From Chloroflexota bacterium (lineage in GTDB: Bacteria; Chloroflexota; Dehalococcoidia; GIF9; UBA5629), in the NCBI GenBank assembly GCA_020354105.1, contig CP070642.1, positions 1,670,691 to 1,711,074 on the forward strand: DNA of 40,384 nt. Reading direction: 5' to 3'. A program made the translations under genes and the position numbers. How positions within the stretch are numbered: the stretch's first letter is position 1; the number at the start of each line of letters is the position of its first letter. Shown here piece after piece: positions 18,645-27,160 of this stretch. Under the pieces are notes generated by a model that had not been told where the DNA came from, did no database searches, and saw only the letters and a program-made list of their open reading frames with translations.

Positions 18645-19361
18645 TTATCTTCTCATGCCCATGGCCATCATGACGAAAAAGAATAATTGAGCCACCGCCT
18701 GGAGAGTAGCTGCTACATAGGTCAAGGCGGCAGCCGATAGAACAGCGCTGGCTCCGTCATACTCCTGAGCAGAAACCATGCCGGTGCTGCGTAACATCTG
18801 CCGCGCCCGATTGCTGGCATTAAACTCGACGGGCAGTGTCACCAGGCTGAAAATCACTGCCAATGAAAAGAGAAAAACGCCCGCCCAGATAACAGTTATG
18901 CCGAACTCGGCGCCAAGCACCATCAGAATCAAACCCAAGAAAATGCAAATGGTGCCGAAACTGCTGCCCACGTTAGCCGCCGGCACCAGAGAAGAGCGAA
19001 ATCTCAGAAAGGCATAGCCGGCCTTATCCTGAACAGCATGCCCCACCTCGTGAGCCACTATTCCAAGCGCGGCGACAGATGGTGTATTAGCCACCGCTGG
19101 CGAGAGGCGCAACACTTTTTTACGCGGGTCGTAGTGGTCTCCCAGCCTGCTTTTCACACCTTCAACTCTGACATTATTCAAGTTGCTGGCACTAAGCAGC
19201 ATTCCGGCTGCCTCAGCACCGGTGATATGCTGAGAATTAGCCAGCTTGGAATATTTTTTAAAGGCTGAATTCACCTTTATCTGGGCATAAATCATGAAGA
19301 TAAGCGGCGGCAGCATTATAAGAAACCACATAAGAAACCAATTCGAGTCGAAGAAAAACAT
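18645..19361 (-). CDS. Membrane-anchored neutral zinc metallopeptidase (Zn_peptidase_2-like)
   Basis: 238 aa. N-terminal TM segment, HEVGH zinc motif, C-terminal hydrophobic segments. GGAGGG SD. Confidence 0.75.
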   Translation of the reverse strand: MFFFDSNWFLMWFLIMLPPLIFMIYAQIKVNSAFKKYSKLANSQHITGAEAAGMLLSASNLNNVRVEGVKSRLGDHYDPRKKVLRLSPAVANTPSVAALGIVAHEVGHAVQDKAGYAFLRFRSSLVPAANVGSSFGTICIFLGLILMVLGAEFGITVIWAGVFLFSLAVIFSLVTLPVEFNASNRARQMLRSTGMVSAQEYDGASAVLSAAALTYVAATLQAVAQLFFFVMMAMGMRR

Positions 19362-19414
19362 CTTCTAAATCCCTCCTGGATACCATTTAATTTTAATCAA
19401 AGGGTAAAATCCTG

Positions 19415-20359
19415 TCAAAGCAAACTGCTGCCAACGAAATCTCGTTGCCCTCGCACAAACTCTTCCGCTGACATTTCCCGCTTCCCTTCCAACTGGACCG
19501 TCAACAGCCCTAAAACTCCATCCCCGGTTCCAACTCCAACCGTCGCCAGTGCTGGTGGAGACAGAGCTATAACCTTACCAGGTTCGCCAGACTTCTCGCC
19601 ATACAGCGGCACCACTTTGCCAAGCTCTAAACGTTTACCTCGCCACCAGGTATAGCAACCCGGCCAGGGGTCAAAGGCGCGGACTCGTCGCCATAATTCC
19701 AGGGTCGAAAGCCGCCAGTCTATCTCTCCATCACTTTTATTGATGACTTTGCTGTAACTGGCCCGTCTTTCATCCTGAGGCTGTGGCTTAATTCGCCCAT
19801 CAACCCACAAGGGCAATGTCTCCGAGAGTAACTGAGCGCCTGTTTGGGCCAGCTTGCTGGTAAGCAAACCGGTTGTATCATCAGCAGATATCAGCACCTC
19901 CCTTTGATTCAAAATGGGGCCGGTATCCATACCGGCATCCATCAGCATAATAGTAGCCCCGCTGATTTCGTCTCCTTGCAAGATAGCTGTAGCCACAGGC
20001 GAAGCACCTCTGTATAGAGGCAGAAGGGAGGGGTGGACATTCAGGCAACCAAGTTTGGGCAAATCTAAAATTTCAGCCGGCAGAATCTGTCCAAAAGCCG
20101 CCACTACAATCAGGGCAGGAGCAAAGTCAGCCAGTCCCTCAACTGTGCCAGCAGCTTTCAAGCTCTCAGGCTGAACCACCTTCAGCCCCTGAGATAGAGC
20201 CAGTTGCTTTACGGGAGACGACTTGACTACCTGCCCTCTTCCAGCCTTTCTGTCTGGCTGCGTATACACGGCAACCACCTGGTAAGCACTAAGAATCAAT
20301 GCCTCCAAACTGGGGACAGCGAACTCCGGAGTGCCCATAAAAATTATGCGCTTTGCCAT
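19415..20359 (-). CDS. fmt: Methionyl-tRNA formyltransferase
   Basis: 314 aa. RIIFMGTPEFAVPSL, QPD...GRG, NVHPSLLPLYRGASPV (the HxSLLPxxRG formyltransferase signature), and a C-terminal tRNA-binding domain. Confidence 0.93.
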   Translation of the reverse strand: MAKRIIFMGTPEFAVPSLEALILSAYQVVAVYTQPDRKAGRGQVVKSSPVKQLALSQGLKVVQPESLKAAGTVEGLADFAPALIVVAAFGQILPAEILDLPKLGCLNVHPSLLPLYRGASPVATAILQGDEISGATIMLMDAGMDTGPILNQREVLISADDTTGLLTSKLAQTGAQLLSETLPLWVDGRIKPQPQDERRASYSKVINKSDGEIDWRLSTLELWRRVRAFDPWPGCYTWWRGKRLELGKVVPLYGEKSGEPGKVIALSPPALATVGVGTGDGVLGLLTVQLEGKREMSAEEFVRGQRDFVGSSLL

Positions 20360-20619
20360 GACAACAACAGTTTAACAAAATTTTTCATAACTTTCTCCAT
20401 TATGTCAAAAAACCCCTTGACACCCAAAGATACCACTGTGTTACTCTAATGGGGTCGTGGTGCGGGTCTCCCGGTCTATTTCTTAAAAAATTATCCATTA
20501 TTTTTTGCTTGCAGTCTTATACGTAGATTGTGGGGCTCAACAATCCAAAAACGCATTGGGGTTGGGGGATTTTTGTTTCATTTGCGGGATTTTTTAAACC
20601 AATTTTGGCAGGTAATGAG

Positions 20620-21978
20620 TTGAAGTCAGCACAAGAAATCTGGGAAGCCGCTCTAGGGGAACTTCAACTCCAAGTAAATAAGCCGAACTATGATACCTGG
20701 CTTAAGGACACCAGCGGCATAAGCTACAAGGAAGATGTCTTTGTTATCGGTGTCCCTAATGTCTTCATCGCCGAATGGCTAAGAAGTCGCCTCCACTCCC
20801 TGATTAAAAGGACCTTAACCAGCATTACCGGCAAGACCATTGACGTCCAATTTGCCATTCGAGCTCTCAGCCAGGATATCTGCCCAACACCTGCTCACCA
20901 AGCTGACGGCGGGATAAGCGCTAGGCTCAAGGAACCGATCACACCAGCGTTCAGACTAAATTCAAAATACAACTTTGACAGCTTTGTAGTCGGGGAATGC
21001 AACCGTCTGGCTTACGCAGCAGCTCTAGAGATTTCTGAGGACCCAGGAAACAAATACAACCCGCTCTATATCTACGGTGACACTGGCACAGGCAAGACTC
21101 ACCTGCTGCATGCCATAGGACACACAGCCAAAGCTAAGGGCTTTCGCATACTCCTGGCTAGCGCCGAGCAGTTTACTAACCAATTTGTAATCGCCCTCAA
21201 GAACAACAAGATCGATGACTTCCACCGCAAGTTCAGGAGTGCCGACTTCTTGCTGGTGGATGATATTCAATTCCTGAGTGGCAAAACACAAACCCAGGAA
21301 TGCTTACTATATATTTTCAACGACCTTTACGAAAATAACTGCCAGATGGTAATGACCAGTGACCGTCCGCCAAAAGCCATATCCTCGGTCACCAAGAAAT
21401 TAAAGTCCCGGCTCGAGTGGGGGCTTATCGCCGACTTGGAGATGCCGGATTTGGAAACGCGCCTGGCCATCCTGAGAGTTAAAGCGCGGCAATTGAACGC
21501 GTCTCTTCCACCGGATGTTCTACGGTTTCTAGCAACGCAGTTCCAGCACAATACCCGGGAATTAGAAGGTGCCCTTACTAGAGTAGTAACTTACTCTAGG
21601 CTGAGCGGCACAAAAGTAGATATGCACCTAACCACACAATCACTGGCGGACATAATACCGCAAGACAGCAGGTACGAAACCAAATTTACGCCAAAGCGCA
21701 TAATGACCACCATAGCTAACTACTACGACATCGACCTCGAAGGATTAACAGGCAAACGGAGAGACAAGAAATCCGTATTAGCCCGCCAGATCACCATGTA
21801 CCTGTTGCGCGAGCAAAACCACTGTAGCCTGGCAGAAATCGGCAAAATATTAGGAGGCCGAGACCACACGACCATAATTCACGGCTACGATAAAATCGTT
21901 GCAGAACTAGATGTTAATCCACAAATTCGCGACTCAATCAAAGAAATCCGCCAAAAATTGAACCCCAAAAGAACTTAA
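20620..21978 (+). CDS. dnaA: Chromosomal replication initiator DnaA
   Basis: Walker A GDTGTGKTHLL, Walker B LLVDDIQF, sensor/box VII MTSDRPP, C-terminal DNA-binding HTTI..G. I prefer the in-frame TTG at 20620 (MKSAQEIWEAAL...), which aligns with the Bacillus DnaA N-terminus. The track's GTG 20530 would add 30 non-conserved hydrophobic/Gly-Trp residues. Confidence 0.9.
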   Translation: MKSAQEIWEAALGELQLQVNKPNYDTWLKDTSGISYKEDVFVIGVPNVFIAEWLRSRLHSLIKRTLTSITGKTIDVQFAIRALSQDICPTPAHQADGGISARLKEPITPAFRLNSKYNFDSFVVGECNRLAYAAALEISEDPGNKYNPLYIYGDTGTGKTHLLHAIGHTAKAKGFRILLASAEQFTNQFVIALKNNKIDDFHRKFRSADFLLVDDIQFLSGKTQTQECLLYIFNDLYENNCQMVMTSDRPPKAISSVTKKLKSRLEWGLIADLEMPDLETRLAILRVKARQLNASLPPDVLRFLATQFQHNTRELEGALTRVVTYSRLSGTKVDMHLTTQSLADIIPQDSRYETKFTPKRIMTTIANYYDIDLEGLTGKRRDKKSVLARQITMYLLREQNHCSLAEIGKILGGRDHTTIIHGYDKIVAELDVNPQIRDSIKEIRQKLNPKRT

Positions 21979-22186
21979 TCCACATTTTGACACAGGCGCT
22001 TGTGGAAAAATGGCGCGAGGCAGTGGATAACTTCTCCAACTCTGTTGATAACCTTCCGTATTGCAGATTGAAATATCGGGACTTTCCGCCCATAATATAC
22101 TTCCATTCACATAATGACACTTCTTAATAGTATTATTATAGGAATTACATCTCTAATAGATATAAAGATATTATAAGGATACTAGT
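21976..22186. other. Predicted oriC: DnaA-box cluster plus AT-rich unwinding region
   Basis: Four 8/9 matches to TTATCCACA: TAATCCACA 21976-21984 (+), TTTTCCACA (rc of 22001-22009), TTATCCACT (rc of 22022-22030), TTATCAACA (rc of 22043-22051). A strongly AT-rich tract follows at about 22090-22185 and includes TAA-TAG-TAT-TAT-TAT at 22125-22139. Gene strand bias flips here. Confidence 0.6.
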
Positions 22187-23248
22187 TTGGTGGATAGAGT
22201 AAATATTATAGTACTTGGGGGTGGGGGAGGTGATGGGGTAGTTGGTTTCCGTCATGAGAAGTTTGTACCGCTTGGTGGTCCCGATGGTGGTGATGGAGGA
22301 TATGGTGGGAGCGTCTACATTGTTGCAGACAGGAGTGTAACTACTCTGAATTATTTTAGACGTAAGAGGCAGTTTAGGGCGATGTCCGGGAAGAGCGGAG
22401 GTAAGCAGAAGAAGCATGGCGCAAAGGGCGATGACCTTACAATTAAAGTGCCGCTGGGAACCATGGTATTTCTTGAGGAAGATGAGCAGGAAACGCTGTT
22501 GGCTGATTTGAGCCAGCAGGGTCAGAAGATTCTGGTGGCTAAAGGGGGTCGTGGTGGTTTAGGAAATGTTCATTTCGCTACGTCCAGAAATCAGGCTCCT
22601 AAAACTGCTACTAAGGGTGAACCTGGCGAAGAATATCACCTTGTCCTTGACCTTAAACTTATTGCCGATGTGGGCATTATCGGCTATCCTAATGCAGGTA
22701 AATCCACCCTTTTATCTGCTCTATCCAAAGCCAGGCCGAAAATTGCCGATTATCCATTCACCACTATTGAGCCAATTTTTGGTGTGGTTGAAGTAGGCAT
22801 GAAGGTGTTTATTTTGGCGGAGATACCCGGGCTGGTAGATGGTGCGCATTTGGGCAAGGGATTGGGGCATGAATTTCTGCGTCATGCTGAGAGAACTAAG
22901 GTCTTGCTCCATCTTATCGATGGTAGCTCCCCCGATATAATTGATAATATGAACAAGCTGAGCACGGAGCTGGCTTTATACAAGCCGGAAATGGAGCGAA
23001 AGCCTAGGTTTGTGGTAGTAAACAAGATAGATTTACCGGAGGTTCAAACTAGACTGACGGAGATTAGACAGCTTTTCGGTTCTGTGGGTGTAACGGTCTT
23101 CTTTGTTTCGGCGATGACCAAGGAAGGGTTACCTGAGCTTATGTCAGAAATAATCAAGGGGCTGGAGATGGTCCGAGAAGAATCTGCTGGTTCGGGGGAG
23201 CCAATAGCTGTTTTCCGACCTAAACCCAGGGTGAGGCGAGGTAAATAA
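22187..23248 (+). CDS. obg: GTPase Obg/CgtA
   Basis: 353 aa. Gly-rich Obg fold (GGGGGDGVVGFRHEKFVPLGGPDGGDGGYGGSV), G1 GYPNAGKST, G3 DIPG-like EIPGLV, G4 NKID. TTG start 7 nt after AGGA. Confidence 0.92.
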   Translation: MVDRVNIIVLGGGGGDGVVGFRHEKFVPLGGPDGGDGGYGGSVYIVADRSVTTLNYFRRKRQFRAMSGKSGGKQKKHGAKGDDLTIKVPLGTMVFLEEDEQETLLADLSQQGQKILVAKGGRGGLGNVHFATSRNQAPKTATKGEPGEEYHLVLDLKLIADVGIIGYPNAGKSTLLSALSKARPKIADYPFTTIEPIFGVVEVGMKVFILAEIPGLVDGAHLGKGLGHEFLRHAERTKVLLHLIDGSSPDIIDNMNKLSTELALYKPEMERKPRFVVVNKIDLPEVQTRLTEIRQLFGSVGVTVFFVSAMTKEGLPELMSEIIKGLEMVREESAGSGEPIAVFRPKPRVRRGK

Positions 23249-23856
23249 TGAAAATAGGTGTATTAGGCGGCACTTTCGACCCTATTCATTCAGGGCATCT
23301 TGTCATAGCTGAAGAAGCTAGGCTAAGGCTCAAGCTCGCCAGGGTACTCTTTGTTCCTGCGAGGCAGCAATGGCTCAAGACAGGTAGGGAAATTGCACCA
23401 GCAACTCACCGTATAGAGATGGTGAAGCTGGCGATTGCTAACAATCCTTATTTTGAGGTTTCAACTGTCGAAACCGACCGCCCCGGGCCTTCTTATAGTG
23501 TAGAGACCATGGCTATTTTGCAGCAGCGATTAGGTGCTGAGGTAAAGATTTTCTTCGTAGTCGGCTGGGATAGCTTGGCTGAGTTGCCTCAATGGAAGGA
23601 GCCGGACGGGCTAATTCAGCTCTGTAAGCTGGTGGCGGTTACCAGGCCGGGTTTCAACCGCCCGGATTTAAAGGCTTTGGAATCATTTGTTCCCGGAGTA
23701 ACTCGGAGTGTGGTCTGGCTTGATATAGCGCCAGTTGACATCAGTTCTTCGGACATACGATATAGAGTAGCTCAGGGGTTATCTATTAAAGGCCTGGTAC
23801 CTGATGAGGTGGAGAGTTATATAAAGGAAAGGAAACTGTACCGGGAGCAGAAGTAA
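23248..23856 (+). CDS. nadD: Nicotinate-nucleotide adenylyltransferase
   Basis: 202 aa. GGTFDPIHSGH (the (H/T)xGH nucleotidyltransferase motif) and ISSSDIR near the C-terminus. Its start overlaps the obg stop by 1 nt (TAATG). Confidence 0.9.
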   Translation: MKIGVLGGTFDPIHSGHLVIAEEARLRLKLARVLFVPARQQWLKTGREIAPATHRIEMVKLAIANNPYFEVSTVETDRPGPSYSVETMAILQQRLGAEVKIFFVVGWDSLAELPQWKEPDGLIQLCKLVAVTRPGFNRPDLKALESFVPGVTRSVVWLDIAPVDISSSDIRYRVAQGLSIKGLVPDEVESYIKERKLYREQK

Positions 23857-23867
23857 AGCCTGACAAG

Positions 23868-25799
23868 CTAGATGTCCAGGTTTCTGACACTTTTGGCGTG
23901 GGCCTGGATGAATGATTTTCTGGGTGGCACTTCGCTGCCCATGAGCATATGGAATACCCTGTCGGCCGCCATGGCATCTTCGATTTCCACCTTGAGCAAA
24001 GTTCGCGATGCCGGGTTCATGGTGGTGTCCCAGAGCTGCACGGCGCTCATTTCTCCCAATCCCTTATAGCGCTGTACTTCTAGTTTGTTGCTTTTAAGCT
24101 CCTGGAGCTTGGCCTCCTTTTCTTGCTCTGAGTAAATCCAGAATTGTTGCTTGCCCGCTTGGATGCGGTAGAGAGGTGGCTGTGCGATGAAAAGGTGGCC
24201 CTGGCTTATTAGCTCTGCCATGTTGCGGTAGAAGAAGGTGAGAAGCAGTGTCCGTATATGAGAACCGTCGACGTCGGCATCAGTCATGATTATTATGCGG
24301 TGGTAGCGTAGTCGGGAGAAGTCGACCTGGTCACCAATGCCGGCTCCTACCGCGGTTATAATGGCACGGATTTCTTCATGTTCCAGAATCTTGTCTTTAG
24401 GAGCCTTCTCCACATTAAGGATTTTACCTCGTAACGGTAAAATAGCTTGGAAACGGCGGTCTCGTCCCTGCTTGGCTGAACCTCCGGCTGAGTCACCCTC
24501 AACCAGGTAAAGCTCACACTCGCGAGGGTCGGTCTCTGAACAGCCAGCCAGCTTTCCGGGCAGAGTGCCGCCTTCTAATCCGCTTCTCTTAAAGATAAGG
24601 TCGCGAGCCTTTTTAGCTGCCTCTCTGGCTTTAGCTGAAACTAGGCACTTATCTATGATTGATTTTGCGTCATCGGGATGCTGCTCCAGATACAGCGAAA
24701 GTCCATCAGCCACTATGGCTTCGACCTGCGTCTTTATTTCAGGATTGCCTAATTTAGCTTTAGTTTGTCCCTCAAACTGTGGTTCAACAAGCTTAACACT
24801 GATGACCGATGTCAGCCCGTCGCGAACATCATCACCTATCAGATTGGGGTCGGAATCCTTCAGCAGCTTGTTTTTCCGGGCATAGTCGTTCAGTACGCGG
24901 GTTAGCGCTGAGCGAAATCCGGTGAGATGGCTGCCGCCATCTATCGTATTGACGCAGTTGGCAAAGCTAATCGTGGATTCAGAAAAGCCGTCATTGTATT
25001 GCAGTGCTACTTCTACAACGGTGCTGTTCATTGTGCCGGATATGTAGATGGGCTGGTTATTTAGTACTTGCCTGTCTTTATTGAACCGGGCGACAAGGCT
25101 GGCTATACCACCTTCAAATAGGAACGTTGCCTCCTGGTCGGTTCTCTCATCTTTGAAGCTTATTTCCAGGTTCTTGTTCAGAAAAGCCAGCTCTTTGAGA
25201 CGCTCGCGGATTGTGTCAAAGTGGTAGTTAATCTCACCGAAGATTTCAGTGTCGGCCATGAAAGTGATGATGGTCCCCGTTTTATCGGTATCGCCGATAG
25301 CTTCTAAATCGCAGGTAGGGTTACCCCGTTCATATTTCTGACAGTAGACTTTCCCCTCTCGATTAACCTGGGCATTGAGCCAGGCAGACAGGGCGTTTAC
25401 CACTGAAGCACCAACGCCATGCAAGCCGCTGGATACTGTATAAGTGCGGCCGCCAAATTTGGCTCCAGCGTGTAGCCGGGTCATCACTGCCTCTAGTGCC
25501 GAGGTATTAGTTGTCGGGTGAACGTCCACCGGTATACCCCGGCCATTGTCGATAACTGTTACCGAGCTGTCTTCATGAATTATTACCTCGGTTCTGTCAC
25601 AATAGCCGGCCATTGCCTCGTCTATGCTGTTGTAGACAATCTCATATACCAGATGGTGCAGACCGTGTTCATCTGTGCTGCCAATGTACATGCCCGGGCG
25701 GCGGCGCACCGCCTCCAGGCCGTCCAGAATACGGATATCCTCTGCGGTGTAATCTTCGGAAGTGTTATTGTTTGTATTTTTGTTAGCTTTTTTTGACAT
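23868..25799 (-). CDS. gyrB: DNA gyrase subunit B
   Basis: 643 aa. YTAEDIRILDGLEAVRRRPGMYIGS, EIVYNSIDE, GLHGVGASVVNALS, the Toprim LYLVEGDSAGGSAKQGRDR and IMTDADVDGSHI, and the C-terminal LQRYKGLGEM. Confidence 0.95.
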   Translation of the reverse strand: MSKKANKNTNNNTSEDYTAEDIRILDGLEAVRRRPGMYIGSTDEHGLHHLVYEIVYNSIDEAMAGYCDRTEVIIHEDSSVTVIDNGRGIPVDVHPTTNTSALEAVMTRLHAGAKFGGRTYTVSSGLHGVGASVVNALSAWLNAQVNREGKVYCQKYERGNPTCDLEAIGDTDKTGTIITFMADTEIFGEINYHFDTIRERLKELAFLNKNLEISFKDERTDQEATFLFEGGIASLVARFNKDRQVLNNQPIYISGTMNSTVVEVALQYNDGFSESTISFANCVNTIDGGSHLTGFRSALTRVLNDYARKNKLLKDSDPNLIGDDVRDGLTSVISVKLVEPQFEGQTKAKLGNPEIKTQVEAIVADGLSLYLEQHPDDAKSIIDKCLVSAKAREAAKKARDLIFKRSGLEGGTLPGKLAGCSETDPRECELYLVEGDSAGGSAKQGRDRRFQAILPLRGKILNVEKAPKDKILEHEEIRAIITAVGAGIGDQVDFSRLRYHRIIIMTDADVDGSHIRTLLLTFFYRNMAELISQGHLFIAQPPLYRIQAGKQQFWIYSEQEKEAKLQELKSNKLEVQRYKGLGEMSAVQLWDTTMNPASRTLLKVEIEDAMAADRVFHMLMGSEVPPRKSFIQAHAKSVRNLDI

Positions 25800-26006
25800 G
25801 CGCTATAGAAAAATCCTTCAAGAGCTTTGGTGATTCATCGGTAATTCTAGATTGGACATAATGGGGAAGCAGGCACCCTCCCAATCCCACATTTAGTGCC
25901 TGCTAGTCCAAAATGTACAAGGGATTGCATTGACTTAATTTTACCACATCTTCGCGGAAACTGAAAGTCCCTCTCACTCTAACTCTTCTTGGAGGAATAG
26001 AGAGGA

Positions 26007-26291
26007 CTAATGCAAGCTATCGTGCTTGTAGCTGTTTTGGAGAAGCTGCAGTATACTGGGCCCTTTAAGATCTGCGGAGCCACAGCCGTCGCTATCGAAG
26101 TGGCGGCATACGGTGCAGGTCACGCTGTACTTGTTTACCTCGCTTATATTTACGAAGAGGTCACAGTTCTCAGCACTACGGTCAAACCATTCCTCTAGGA
26201 CTTCGGTGGTCTGTGGGAAGTGGGCTCTGAAGCCTCTGGAGATTAAAAAGCCAGAGCTAGCGGAGTTGCTTGGCGGGAGGTAAATACGCAT
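26007..26291 (-). CDS. Hypothetical small Cys-containing protein (last gene of the Fe-S operon)
   Basis: 94 aa from ATG 26291 (AAGGG 7-11 nt upstream, 13 nt after the upstream stop). Four Cys spaced C-x16-C-x2-C-x7-C (ENCDLF...VTCTVCRHFDSDGC). I recognise no family. Its coding status rests on ORF length and operon position. Confidence 0.35.
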   Translation of the reverse strand: MRIYLPPSNSASSGFLISRGFRAHFPQTTEVLEEWFDRSAENCDLFVNISEVNKYSVTCTVCRHFDSDGCGSADLKGPSILQLLQNSYKHDSLH

Positions 26292-26304
26292 TTGCAGCCC
26301 TTGA

Positions 26305-26886
26305 CTATACTGAGATACAGAACTCACACATACCGTTCTGTGGCAGTGTCTTTGGCATCTCGATACTTATGCGGTCGCCGGTCTTCTCTGCAGCAGCCTC
26401 GAAACTGGCGCAGCAGAACCCTTTGCAAGGGAGGCCCTTTATGCCGGACTCCTCCAGCGCCTTGTTTATTGCACAGGCAGATACCTGAAGCACCAGCTCT
26501 TTGGTGGTTGCTCTGGATATATTCCAGCGGTCTGTAGGCCTCAGTCCAAAGATGGATAACTCAACATACCTGCCCAGGCGATGGGGGAATGATATGCCTG
26601 TCTGCTTGTACACATTCTCCACCATCTCCCCGGTGCGGTCCAGGTATTTGGTGTCAGCCAGCTCGATGGTGAGCTTCATCACCTTTTTGCCCAGTTCCTC
26701 GAGAGCTTTGTATGCCTCCTTCTCGTCCTTGCCTTGCAGGCTCTTAGCTGCAGCTCCTACATCGAACTTCTGAGTAACTTCCTCTACCAGACCTTTATCA
26801 GCGTCGAAGAGCAGAGCTTTCCCGGGCTCTTCCAGGGTCAGTAATTTTTCCTTTAATACCTTGCCGTATTTCCAGCCAGTGGTCAT
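26305..26886 (-). CDS. Hypothetical protein with a C-terminal Cys cluster (possibly ATC-hydrolase-like fold, unverified)
   Basis: 193 aa from ATG 26886, chosen over the track's 26964 because GGAGG lies 7 nt upstream and the ATG overlaps the upstream TGA (ATGA coupling). The C-terminus SACAINKALEESGIKGLPCKGFCCASFEAAAEKTGDRISIEMPKTLPQNGMCEFC loosely resembles the C...C..(D)...T...G..C.F end of PF14196 proteins as I recall them. Confidence 0.55.
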   Translation of the reverse strand: MTTGWKYGKVLKEKLLTLEEPGKALLFDADKGLVEEVTQKFDVGAAAKSLQGKDEKEAYKALEELGKKVMKLTIELADTKYLDRTGEMVENVYKQTGISFPHRLGRYVELSIFGLRPTDRWNISRATTKELVLQVSACAINKALEESGIKGLPCKGFCCASFEAAAEKTGDRISIEMPKTLPQNGMCEFCISV

Positions 26887-27137
26887 TTCTTTACCTCCGT
26901 TAAGAAGCTCACTTGAATGGCGCTCTTGGGACAGACTTTCACACAGTCCATGCAGACGGTGCATTTTTCATAGCGGACCCCCGCCACCATGAACTGGTCC
27001 GGGTCTATCTCCTTGAATTTTCGAGGACCCACCTTGGTGCCCAGTCCCAGGGCGTGGCTCGGACAGATTAGAAGGCACTTCCGGCAAGCGAGCGGGTCAT
27101 TGCATTTTTTATCGTCTACTGTGATAGTTGGCAGCAT
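26883..27137 (-). CDS. Small ferredoxin-like protein, two [4Fe-4S]-type motifs (first one atypical)
   Basis: 84 aa. CNDPLACRKCLLICP (C-x5-C-x2-C-x3-CP) and CTVCMDCVKVCP (C-x2-C-x2-C-x3-CP), separated by about 35 aa. GAGAGGGA SD. Confidence 0.75.
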   Translation of the reverse strand: MLPTITVDDKKCNDPLACRKCLLICPSHALGLGTKVGPRKFKEIDPDQFMVAGVRYEKCTVCMDCVKVCPKSAIQVSFLTEVKK

Positions 27138-27160
27138 TTCTCATCCCTCTCTATGAGTTT

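Noticed and set aside
26010-26198. A plus-strand 62-aa ORF opposite the last gene of the Fe-S operon.
   Set aside because: It has no promoter or SD and a hydrophobic, featureless sequence. The minus-strand ORF fits the operon, although neither reading is strongly supported.
26887-26964. The N-terminal 26 aa of track ORF 26305..26964, and the GTG 26327 start of the last small ORF.
   Set aside because: Both extensions overlap the preceding gene in another frame and lack an SD. The internal ATGs at 26886 and 26291 have an SD and operon-typical spacing.
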